Source of the DNA: Candidatus Levyibacteriota bacterium
Lineage (GTDB): Bacteria > Patescibacteriota > Microgenomatia > Levybacterales > UBA12049
Reading direction: 5' to 3'
Assembly (NCBI GenBank): GCA_016432345.1
Contig: CP066685.1
Span: 1-46,235 of the forward strand
Length of the DNA stretch: 46,235 bases
This document shows positions 19,493 to 28,299 of the stretch, in pieces. Both the position numbers and the translations under genes were made by a program. How positions within the stretch are numbered: the first letter of the stretch is position 1; the number at the start of each line of letters is the position of its first letter. The notes under the pieces are model-generated. The model saw only the letters and a list, made by a program, of their open reading frames with translations, ran no database searches and had not been told where the DNA came from.

Positions 19493-20682
19493 TCAATCAA
19501 CAAATAAATATATTTGGCAAATCAGTTTTAACAACACCTAAAACAGAAGGGATAAAATACGCGGGGTCAAAGCTAAAAATTCTACCGTATATTGTTGAGA
19601 TACTGGCTGACTTAAGCGATGTTAAAAAAGTCTTGGATGGTTTTACGGGGACAACCCGTGTGGCGCAAGCTTTGGCACAGCTTGGATATGATGTAACCGC
19701 GAGTGATATTTCTGCTTGGTCTGAAGTTTTTGCCAACTGTTATCTAAAATCGAGTAAGCCAGATAAATTTTATCAGGATATTATTAATCACCTAAACAGT
19801 CTACAGGGTTATGATGGTTGGTATACAAAGCATTATGGAGGTGAATTAGCAAGTAGTAATAAAAGACCATTTCAAGCAAAGAATACACGTAAACTAGATT
19901 CAATAAGAGATGAGATTGAAAAATTGAATTTGGAATGGGTTGATAAATGTGTAATTTTGACCAGTTTAATTTATGCATTAGATTCTGTTGACAGCACGCT
20001 TGGTCATTATGTCGCATATCTTTCAGCATGGTCGCCACGATCAAACAATAATTTATTCTTAAAACTACCAAAAAGATTCAAAAGTGATGGCACGCATACA
20101 ACAATTCAAGGTGATATTTTTAAAACAATCGTTGACAGTGAATATGATTTAGCATATTTTGATCCACCTTATGGTTCTAATAACGAAAAGATGCCTCCAA
20201 GCAGGGTACGCTACGCGTCCTATTATCATATTTGGACAACTATTATAAAACATGATAAGCCAGTTGTTTTTGGAAAAGTAAATCGTCGGGAAGATAGCAG
20301 GGATTTAGTAGCAAGTTCGGTTTTTGAAGAATTTAGAAAAGATGAAAATGGTTCTTTTATCGCTATGCAGGCATTACGCAGGCTGGTGAAACAAACAAAA
20401 GCGCGCTATATTTTATTATCATATAGTTCTGGTGGTAGGGCCACAAAACAGGAACTGAATGATATAATCAATGAGTCTGGTAAATTATTAAAAGCAGTTG
20501 AAATTGATTACAAAAAGAATGTAATGGGAAATATGCGCTGGACAAATGAATGGATAAATAGCGACGGGAAATATCATGAATACTTGTTTTTAATGGAAAA
20601 ATCCACCAAAAAAGAATTACCAAAATATTTTCCCAATCTAACACAACCATCTATAAACTATGCACATCCCAACGCTTACTGA
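19489..20682 (+). CDS. DNA adenine-N6 methyltransferase (D12 class)
   Basis: 'KYAGSKLKILP', SAM-binding 'LDGFTGTTRV', catalytic DPPY. Confidence 0.9.
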   Translation: MINQQINIFGKSVLTTPKTEGIKYAGSKLKILPYIVEILADLSDVKKVLDGFTGTTRVAQALAQLGYDVTASDISAWSEVFANCYLKSSKPDKFYQDIINHLNSLQGYDGWYTKHYGGELASSNKRPFQAKNTRKLDSIRDEIEKLNLEWVDKCVILTSLIYALDSVDSTLGHYVAYLSAWSPRSNNNLFLKLPKRFKSDGTHTTIQGDIFKTIVDSEYDLAYFDPPYGSNNEKMPPSRVRYASYYHIWTTIIKHDKPVVFGKVNRREDSRDLVASSVFEEFRKDENGSFIAMQALRRLVKQTKARYILLSYSSGGRATKQELNDIINESGKLLKAVEIDYKKNVMGNMRWTNEWINSDGKYHEYLFLMEKSTKKELPKYFPNLTQPSINYAHPNAY

Positions 20683-21607
20683 TATCATTTTACAAGAACA
20701 ACAAAAAGCTCCAAACGCTAAAGGGAATCTAACCCTTATTTTAACCCAGATAGTCGACGCGGCAAAAATTATTGCCAGCCATGCCAACCGCACGGGATTG
20801 GTTGATATTTTAGGCAAAACCGGCAATAAAAATGCCTACGACGAAGAAGTCCAAAAACTCGATGAGTTTAGCAATAATTTGCTTGTCAAAACGCTTTTTG
20901 AAAGTAATCAAGTGTATGCAGTTGCTTCCGAAGAACTTCCCGACATTCTTTATTCCCCAACAAAAACAGGTGATTATATCGTCTTTTTCGATCCGCTTGA
21001 CGGGTCGTCTAACATAGACACTAACGGCCCCATTGGCACAATCTTTTCTATCTATCACAAAAACGATACAGTTTTACAAAAAGGAAATAAACAAATAGCA
21101 GCAGGCTATATTTTATACGGCCCAAGTACGATATTTGTGTATGCGTCACAATATTCTATTAACGGTTTTACTCTTGACCCGTCAATCGGCAGTTTTTTAC
21201 TTTCTTTTCCCAATATTAAAATCCCCAAAAAAGGAAACATTTATTCCATCAACGAAGGCAACTACGAGCTATTTGACGAGCACACAAAAAAGTATCTTGC
21301 TCACCTAAAAACAACTAAGTCATATAAAGCCCGTTACATTGGTTCTATGGTGGCCGATATGCACCGAACATTGTTAAAAGGCGGCATATTCCTCTACCCC
21401 AGTGATAGTAAAAATAAAGAAGGCAAACTACGATTATTATTTGAAGTGAATCCCATGGCTTTTTTAATTGAAAAAGCCGGCGGCATGGCTGTTAGCAATG
21501 GAAAAAATCCCCTGGATATTTTACCAATTGCAGTCAATCACAAAGTCCCAATTGCAATAGGCAGTAAAGAAAATGTGGAAGAGTTTCTCAAAATTACCAA
21601 TGACTAA
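20660..21607 (+). CDS. fbp: Fructose-1,6-bisphosphatase class 1
   Basis: 'VQKLDE', 'ASEE', 'FDPLDGSSNID', 'YSINEGN', 'RYIGSMVADMHR', 'GKLRLLFE'. Confidence 0.95.
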   Translation: MHIPTLTDIILQEQQKAPNAKGNLTLILTQIVDAAKIIASHANRTGLVDILGKTGNKNAYDEEVQKLDEFSNNLLVKTLFESNQVYAVASEELPDILYSPTKTGDYIVFFDPLDGSSNIDTNGPIGTIFSIYHKNDTVLQKGNKQIAAGYILYGPSTIFVYASQYSINGFTLDPSIGSFLLSFPNIKIPKKGNIYSINEGNYELFDEHTKKYLAHLKTTKSYKARYIGSMVADMHRTLLKGGIFLYPSDSKNKEGKLRLLFEVNPMAFLIEKAGGMAVSNGKNPLDILPIAVNHKVPIAIGSKENVEEFLKITND

Positions 21608-22691
21608 TCTTCTCAAAAACATCAAGCTACTTAGTCAAAACAAAATTGAAAACAAGAGAGTCCTCTTACGTGTTGATTTTAATGTTCCTCTCACCGATGA
21701 TTTACAGATTACCGATGATGTTCGGATTGTTAAATCAATCCAAACCATGCAATTACTCCTCAAAAATAACAACAAGATTATTCTTGTTTCTCATCTTGGA
21801 AGACCACAAGGCCGGGATGAAAAATTATCTCTAAAACCTGTTGCCGATTATCTAAAAAAGACCTTTACACAAAATTCCATAACACTTGTTACTGACTTTC
21901 TTACGCAATCACAAACACCAAACGATATCACTCTTTTAGAAAATATTCGGTATTATGAAGGTGAAGATAAAAACGATGATGCTTTTGCCAAGCAACTAGC
22001 AAGCATTGCTGACGTTTATATTAACGATGCTTTTGGCGTATCACATAGAAATGCAGCTTCTATTGTGGGAATCACCAAATTTCTCCCCTCTTATTGCGGC
22101 CTGCTTCTGGAAAAAGAAATTACCGCAGTAACAAAAATTATGGACAATCCAAAACGACCGCTTGTGGCCATTATTGGCGGCGCTAAAATTTCGACCAAAA
22201 TTGTTTTGCTTGAGAAATTACTTGATATTGTTGACTACCTTCTCTTGGGCGGCGGTATTGCCAATACATTTCTTCAAAACCAACAACCAGAAATAACTCA
22301 AAAGATATTAAATCTTGCCAAGGAAAAAAATGTTTTACTTCTATTACCCATAGATAAAGTTGGTATTGAAGACAAAATTCTTGACATCGGCCCAAAAACA
22401 GAAAAGCTGTTTAGTGAAACAATAAAAAAAGCCAATACTATTATCTGGAATGGGCCTGTAGGGCTTATTGAAGATAAACGATTTACCAAAGGCACCCAAA
22501 GCATTTTTACAGCCATTACCCAAAACGATCATGCTTTTTCTCTGGTTGGCGGTGGAGATACCCTGGCGTCTGTTTCGGGAAATAAAGACATTGATAAAAT
22601 CACCCATGTTTCAACAGGCGGTGGAGCCATGCTGGAGTTAATCGAAAAAGGCACCCTCCCAGGAATAGAAGCACTAAAACAGAAAAAATAG
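21600..22691 (+). CDS. pgk: Phosphoglycerate kinase
   Basis: LRVDFNVP, SHLGRP, LENIRY, INDAFG, GGAKISTK, WNGPVG, GGGDT, STGGGA. ATG at 21600 is preferred over the ORF-track start at 21573. Confidence 0.97.
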   Translation: MTNLLKNIKLLSQNKIENKRVLLRVDFNVPLTDDLQITDDVRIVKSIQTMQLLLKNNNKIILVSHLGRPQGRDEKLSLKPVADYLKKTFTQNSITLVTDFLTQSQTPNDITLLENIRYYEGEDKNDDAFAKQLASIADVYINDAFGVSHRNAASIVGITKFLPSYCGLLLEKEITAVTKIMDNPKRPLVAIIGGAKISTKIVLLEKLLDIVDYLLLGGGIANTFLQNQQPEITQKILNLAKEKNVLLLLPIDKVGIEDKILDIGPKTEKLFSETIKKANTIIWNGPVGLIEDKRFTKGTQSIFTAITQNDHAFSLVGGGDTLASVSGNKDIDKITHVSTGGGAMLELIEKGTLPGIEALKQKK

Positions 22692-22706
22692 TATATACTA
22701 TTTTCT

Positions 22707-23333
22707 ATGCTAGAGACACTTTCAACACTCATTACCCAATTTATTCACACCACCGGCTACTTTGGGATATTTTTACTAATGACGCTCGAGTCTGCGCTAA
22801 TTCCTATTCCATCCGAAGTTACCATGCCCTTTGCCGGGTTTTTAGCAAGTAAAGGCGACATGTCTTTGTGGATTGTTATTTTTATCGGCGCAATTGGCAA
22901 TCTAGTCGGCTCATGGATTGCCTATGGACTTGGTTATTTTCTGGAAGAAACAGTTATTGTTTCTTTAATCAAACGCTACGGCAAATTTATTTTAATAACC
23001 GAACACGAATATCAACAATCTCGACATTGGTTTAACAAATATGGAAATAGCATTGCATTTTTCAGCCGCGTGCTTCCAGCGGTCCGAACATTTATTTCTC
23101 TTCCAGCTGGCCTTTCGCAAATGAACATTTGGAAATTTTCTTTTTATACTTTTACAGGCTCTCTTATTTGGTCAACCTTTCTTACTTTTGTAGGATTTTA
23201 CTTAGGGGAAAACTGGCATAGCTTAGAACCTTATTATCGAAAGTTTGAATATGTTATTGCGGGGATATTTATTGCAGGAGGACTTTGGTATATCAACCGC
23301 AAGCTTAAAATAATTACTTTTTGGCGAACTTAA
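22707..23333 (+). CDS. DedA-family membrane protein
   Basis: 'LESALIPIPSEV', 'FFSRVLPAVRTFISLPAG'. Confidence 0.93.
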   Translation: MLETLSTLITQFIHTTGYFGIFLLMTLESALIPIPSEVTMPFAGFLASKGDMSLWIVIFIGAIGNLVGSWIAYGLGYFLEETVIVSLIKRYGKFILITEHEYQQSRHWFNKYGNSIAFFSRVLPAVRTFISLPAGLSQMNIWKFSFYTFTGSLIWSTFLTFVGFYLGENWHSLEPYYRKFEYVIAGIFIAGGLWYINRKLKIITFWRT

Positions 23334-25884
23334 TTTGTATATGTTCATCCTCTGATACTTGTTTTTCTAAAACTATTTTCCCTGTTTTCGCTTCCAATCC
23401 ATGCGACGAACTTAATAAACGTATTGTATCTGGATATGAAACAATCAATGTATATGGATACTCATCTATCCCCGGCTGTTTAAATAACCAAAGGTCGTAC
23501 CCCGCATTTTCTTCCATTTTTTGCGGCAATTCATAGGAAAAAGATATCTCTTTTTCTGCATTCGACGGCACGATTAGCAAAACGCCAAATACTGCTTTCT
23601 CTCCTTCTGTTTCTTGCTGTACCTCTATCCCCTTTGGGGGATTAAATCCTTTTTTTTCGTATACGCTTGGGTCTGCGATAGCAGGAGCAACTGTCTGCTC
23701 TTTTCCGTCGATGGCAATTGAGGATAACTTTGTCCCAAAAGGAAGAATAATACGTAAGTAATTTTTATAATCAAGACTTTTTGATTTATTATCATATGTA
23801 ATTGTTACTTTTTCCAAAACTTCTCCTTCTTTTCCAATATTTACTTGCTGATCCACTTTTCTTGTAACAAGAACATTTACTTTATTGACTCCCAGATTTG
23901 CCTCGATTATCCCAACAAAATCTGTGGTCTTAACAGGCCAAATCGCCGAAGACATATTATTAGCCGTAAATACATCTTGTAATTTTGAATCTGCAAAAGC
24001 AAAAAGAAGATGTTTTTCTCTTACCGCCTTTTCTATTAACTGAAAAAGCGCTAGATGGGTAATTTTACCATCGATAATCTTTGCTTGTATTGCTTTAAAA
24101 AGAGATATTAAAAAGTCTTTTTTCTGACTGCTTCCTGCAAAGCTATCTTCTTCTGCGTGCTTTTGCGTAAGTTGATATAAATTATCTGGAGTTATTGTCT
24201 CCTTATATTCCAAAACCTCCACATCACCTATTACTTTAAGAATGCTTTTGGCAAATGAAACATCAACTGCAACAACCCCATCTACGCTTGCGCCTGTTTC
24301 TTTTTGTAGAAAAAATGCAGAGGCAGAGGCGCTTTTTCTAAAATCAATGTCAAAATTACTGTCTCTTAAATACCAATGAGCGGATTTAAGATAACGCCTA
24401 ATGGCAAATGGCGGTTCTACATGGCCTTTTAGCTGTCCATCTGCGTCATAGACATCATGAATAGAAAAATCAGTAATTCTGCCTGCCTTTAATTTAACAA
24501 TGCCGTAGGAGCCAATAAACCCCCCTCCAGGACGAAGTTCCATATTGTTTTGAAAAAGAATAAGATATGTTTTTTCATCATAAAAACCTAAGGCTTTAGG
24601 AATAACATCAACAACCCCTGTGATTGCGCCTGTTTCAAAAAAATCACTTGGTAGTTTTTGGTTTTGGGTTTTAATTTCCTGACTTAAAAAAATTGCCTGC
24701 CGAAGAGAAGATATCCCTATTTTGCCTTGTAAAAAATTATTTATGCTGGCGGCAAAGGATGAGGCTATTAAAGAGGCCTTCTGTCCTGCATTAATTTTAC
24801 TTTGCATACTATTTCCAAAAGAAGATAAATAAAGTATATCTGCCTGAATAATAAGTACTCTACTTATATTTTCTGCGCCTTTAAAAAAGATGTAAGCGCT
24901 TTCTCCTTTTTTTTGCGCCTCCAAAATATTTCCTTTTTTAAATGCCTCTTTTACTAAATTAAGTTGTCTGTGTCCAAAAAAAGAAAAAGAAAATGTTGCA
25001 ATAAGCGGCAATAAAAGAAAAACAAGTAATGCATAAATAGTAAAAAAAACAAACTTTCCTCCCCTCTTCTTTTTTTCTTCATCTTCACTTTCTTTCACCA
25101 CGTCTATATCTTTTACTTCCATAACTCCATAGACATCACCTATTCTTTTTTCTAGCGGGTAAGACGCTGGTAAAAAAAAGTTTCCCTCTTTATTTGTATA
25201 TTCAACTTCTTGTTTTTCCTCACCTACAAAATCAACTCGTAAAATCGGATCTATTTTTTGAAACATCCTTGCCAAACTTAATTTTGTTGGTGGATGTTTG
25301 GGAAAGAAAAAAAACGTCTGATCCTTATTTGTGTTTTCAAAAAGAATTTCCAAAATTCCCAGTCCAACATCGTTAAGATGCACTGGATAAGTTTTTGTAA
25401 GCCCCATGCCCAAAACTGTTATACTGCCTTCTTTTTTTGCTTGATGGAAAAAACGTTGAATGTCTGAATTTTCTGGCAATGCTTTTTCATAAAATATGTC
25501 CCCGACATATACTATAATTGTCTCTTTATATAATTCTTTAATAAGATTAGTAATCTTACTTGTTTCAAAATTATGAGGAACAACAACAATTAACTTTCCT
25601 TTTGTTTCATGGGCTTTTTTGGCCAATAAATCTAATACGTCAAATATCTCTTGCTCTCCGTTATAAACAACAACTATATGGGAATACAAAGCATCTGGCA
25701 GCAAAGGTATTTTTCTTTTGAAGGAAACAATCAAAACATCTTTCACCTCTGTATCAAAAGAGGCTCCTGTAACAAAAACTGTTGGTATATTACTTTTGTG
25801 TTTTTGAAGAAGCGCAACAACAGTTTGCCCAATATATCCTTTTTTATCCAAAAACAAAAGCATGGACTTAGCAGCTTTTCCCAT
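23314..25884 (-). CDS. DUF4012-domain membrane protein with a degenerate N-terminal Rossmann/epimerase-like region
   Basis: 'YLILFQNNMELRPGGGFIGSYG', 'LRDSNFDIDF', 'VDGVVAVD', 'EANLGVNKVN'; one TM region near aa 275-300. Confidence 0.8.
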   Translation of the reverse strand: MGKAAKSMLLFLDKKGYIGQTVVALLQKHKSNIPTVFVTGASFDTEVKDVLIVSFKRKIPLLPDALYSHIVVVYNGEQEIFDVLDLLAKKAHETKGKLIVVVPHNFETSKITNLIKELYKETIIVYVGDIFYEKALPENSDIQRFFHQAKKEGSITVLGMGLTKTYPVHLNDVGLGILEILFENTNKDQTFFFFPKHPPTKLSLARMFQKIDPILRVDFVGEEKQEVEYTNKEGNFFLPASYPLEKRIGDVYGVMEVKDIDVVKESEDEEKKKRGGKFVFFTIYALLVFLLLPLIATFSFSFFGHRQLNLVKEAFKKGNILEAQKKGESAYIFFKGAENISRVLIIQADILYLSSFGNSMQSKINAGQKASLIASSFAASINNFLQGKIGISSLRQAIFLSQEIKTQNQKLPSDFFETGAITGVVDVIPKALGFYDEKTYLILFQNNMELRPGGGFIGSYGIVKLKAGRITDFSIHDVYDADGQLKGHVEPPFAIRRYLKSAHWYLRDSNFDIDFRKSASASAFFLQKETGASVDGVVAVDVSFAKSILKVIGDVEVLEYKETITPDNLYQLTQKHAEEDSFAGSSQKKDFLISLFKAIQAKIIDGKITHLALFQLIEKAVREKHLLFAFADSKLQDVFTANNMSSAIWPVKTTDFVGIIEANLGVNKVNVLVTRKVDQQVNIGKEGEVLEKVTITYDNKSKSLDYKNYLRIILPFGTKLSSIAIDGKEQTVAPAIADPSVYEKKGFNPPKGIEVQQETEGEKAVFGVLLIVPSNAEKEISFSYELPQKMEENAGYDLWLFKQPGIDEYPYTLIVSYPDTIRLLSSSHGLEAKTGKIVLEKQVSEDEHIQIKFAKK

Positions 25885-25888
25885 ACAA

Positions 25889-26308
25889 TTATTGTAACTT
25901 ATTATCCAATGCCAAATTTACCAGCGCATCTGCTTTTTTATTTTTTTCCCGTGGTATATGTGTATAGCTAACGGGACATAATAATTGTGATTCTTTTTCC
26001 CGAACACTAAAAAGAAGTTCTTGCAATTTAGGATTTTTGATCTTATATATTCTGTTTATCTGCGAAACAAGAAGAAGGGAGTCCAAAAAAAAATGTATTT
26101 TTGCATGACTTTTTAAAATATGTTTGTTATTTAACAACCATTCTAAAGCTTCATTTACTGCAGTATATTCAGCGATATTATTTGTCGTCTCGCCTATTGT
26201 TTTACCAAATCCATGTATTTGTTTCCCATTTTCGTCGCAAATAAAAACACCAATTGCCGCCGGCCCGGGATTACCTCTAGCCCCTCCGTCTGTATATACG
26301 TAAATCAT
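25889..26308 (-). CDS. rnhA: Ribonuclease HI family protein
   Basis: YTDGGARGNPGPAA, TNNIAEYTA, LDSLL, HIPREKNKKADALVN. ATG at 26308 is preferred. Confidence 0.92.
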   Translation of the reverse strand: MIYVYTDGGARGNPGPAAIGVFICDENGKQIHGFGKTIGETTNNIAEYTAVNEALEWLLNNKHILKSHAKIHFFLDSLLLVSQINRIYKIKNPKLQELLFSVREKESQLLCPVSYTHIPREKNKKADALVNLALDNKLQ

Positions 26309-26452
26309 ACTTTTATTTTTCCGATTTGACAAAATTGTTGGTTTTAGTCTATACAACAATCTATTTGTTGAATTATACTCGAACTCGCCGATTACAATTT
26401 TACTTCCCTTTATACCTTTTGACTAAAATTGATAAAGCGGAGTTTAAAAACA

Positions 26453-27802
26453 TTATACCAGGTCTTTGTTATTCCTGCTAAAACAGAGACTCAAAACAAC
26501 AGCAAATAATATTTGTCCTTGTTGCAATGTTAAAAAGTAATGATCAAACAAACCCAGAATTAGAATAGTAGTAAGTAGTATGTAGCATGTATTAAGGGGT
26601 AAATTATTTCTCGTCTTGATACTTAATACTGCCCTTAGAAGAAACCACAAAAACATTCCTAACCCCAGCAGGCCTGTTTCTGCTACAATAAGAAAAAAGA
26701 TATTGTGTACCGGTTGAAGCAATGTAAAAAGAGAACCTGTATTGTTTTTTTGATAATAGGGAAGTGTCGGTAAAAAATTATACAGGCCAACTCCAAAAAC
26801 AGGATGATCTTTTACCATTGTTATTGCAGTATTTGCAAGTTCAATTCTTCTAACAATCGCTTCGTCCATTGTTGAAATATTGAAAAAACGAGAAGACAAA
26901 AAAAACATAAAAATGCTACCAATAAATACCAATATTGCCGCGCTTATAATTTGAAATGAATTTTTAATGACATAATTTTTAATAAAAAGTGCCACCATCA
27001 GAAACCATAAAATAATAGCAACGCGACTCATTGTAAACAAAAGAGCAATAGAACCAATCAATAAAGAAGTAAAAAAATAAATTTTTTTAATTTTGATACT
27101 TGACTGGAAATTGAAAATTATTGTTGTCATCGCGATGATTAAATATCCAGCCAAAACATTTGGGTGAGGAAATGTAGCGTATGGCCGCAAAACAAGTTTT
27201 CCATCTAACGAGGCATTGGCAATTCCTGAAGTTTGTGATGTAAATGTTCTTTCTCCAAAAAAATAAAATATTCCTCCAATTGACCCTTGTTTAACAAACT
27301 GCAAAATTGCCAAACCCGACTCAAACAAAACTCCCATACAAAATATAAATGCAAGTATTTTGAAATCCTGAGCAGTCTTTATTGTTTTTGCGGCAACAAA
27401 TCCCAAAAAAACAAATTCTAATAATTTGAGCAATCCATAAAATCCTGCCATTGGGTTTTTGGAAAAAAGTATACCAAACAGAAGAACTAATAAAAATAAA
27501 ACAATTTGCAATTTGAAATTTGAAATTTGAAATGAATTTTTAATATTTAAATTTTTAAATTTTTTTTGTTTGATTGAAAATTGAAAATTGAAAATTGAAA
27601 ATTTAGAAACTTGAATAAAAATGTCAAAGACCCACAAAACCAATAAAATAATAATTAAAACATCAGTAAAATACAGGGTGGGGGAAAGATAATCAATTCT
27701 TAATCCCGAAACATAAGACCAAGACGGCCAAAAATGTTTACCAAGTTGAACGGGAAGAAAAAGAATAATTGTATAAAAAATAAACTTTTGAAGTGTTTTC
27801 AA
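26453..27802 (-). CDS. O-antigen ligase (Wzy_C/WaaL-like) membrane protein
   Basis: About 11 TM segments; 'RPYATFPHPNVLAGY', 'TMSR', 'HPVFGVG', 'PVHNIF', 'FDHY'. Confidence 0.88.
   Translation of the reverse strand: MKTLQKFIFYTIILFLPVQLGKHFWPSWSYVSGLRIDYLSPTLYFTDVLIIILLVLWVFDIFIQVSKFSIFNFQFSIKQKKFKNLNIKNSFQISNFKLQIVLFLLVLLFGILFSKNPMAGFYGLLKLLEFVFLGFVAAKTIKTAQDFKILAFIFCMGVLFESGLAILQFVKQGSIGGIFYFFGERTFTSQTSGIANASLDGKLVLRPYATFPHPNVLAGYLIIAMTTIIFNFQSSIKIKKIYFFTSLLIGSIALLFTMSRVAIILWFLMVALFIKNYVIKNSFQIISAAILVFIGSIFMFFLSSRFFNISTMDEAIVRRIELANTAITMVKDHPVFGVGLYNFLPTLPYYQKNNTGSLFTLLQPVHNIFFLIVAETGLLGLGMFLWFLLRAVLSIKTRNNLPLNTCYILLTTILILGLFDHYFLTLQQGQILFAVVLSLCFSRNNKDLV
26569..26596 (+). repeat. Four-heptad TAG unit inside the ligase gene (antisense)
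   Basis: tagtaag|tagtatg|tagcatg|tattaag. Confidence 0.7.
27504..27614 (+). repeat. Heptamer arrays (ATTTGAA)3 and (ATTGAAA)4 inside the ligase gene
   Basis: Exact copies at 27511-27531 and 27573-27600, with degenerate flanks; encode 'FQISNFKLQI' and 'FSIFNFQFSI'. Confidence 0.92.
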
Positions 27803-27813
27803 GGAATCAATAA

Positions 27814-28299
27814 CTATTCCCTCGGCCTAACAACGAGCGTTCTGTCTCTACCAACGCCTACTGATTCCGAAAGAACATCTGGATCCTCCTGAAGATAAAC
27901 ATGGACAATCCGCCGCTCCCAAGACCTTAAATTTGGAATAGCAATTTTTTTTCTTTCTAAAAGTACTTGCTGCTTTGTTTGTATAGCTAAATTCTCCAAC
28001 CAATCAGTTCTATTTTTTTTGTAATCTCCAACTTCAATAGATACCCGAATAAATTCTCCAATCTTTTTTGAAACCGCTAAAGAAAGAATCAATTGTAAGC
28101 TTTCCAAAATTTCCCCATGATATCCAATCACCATGCCGCTATCTTTTGTTTCAAGCGATACTTCAATAACATCTTCTTTAACCAAAATAGAAAATTCTCC
28201 CTCTATTTCCAGCGCTTTTAAAATATCAGATATTACTTTTTCTATTGTCTTTCCTTGCCTGCCGACAGGCTGGTCTTGTTTTGCCATAATTTCCTCCAA
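27814..28299 (-). CDS. jag: Jag/EloR-like KH + R3H RNA-binding protein (short form)
   Basis: 'MVIGYHGEILESLQ' (KH), 'RSWERRIVH' (R3H); canonical position after yidC. Confidence 0.9.
   Translation of the reverse strand: MEEIMAKQDQPVGRQGKTIEKVISDILKALEIEGEFSILVKEDVIEVSLETKDSGMVIGYHGEILESLQLILSLAVSKKIGEFIRVSIEVGDYKKNRTDWLENLAIQTKQQVLLERKKIAIPNLRSWERRIVHVYLQEDPDVLSESVGVGRDRTLVVRPRE

Noticed and set aside
18590-20670. Target-site duplication around the RM cassette (ctata..aactat at both ends)
   Set aside because: The similarity is short, AT-rich and gapped, and cannot be distinguished from chance.
26309-26452. Possible structured ncRNA upstream of rnhA (CAACAA/TTGTTG inverted repeats)
   Set aside because: Only 6-7-bp AT-rich stems; no tRNA, riboswitch or other recognisable RNA motif.
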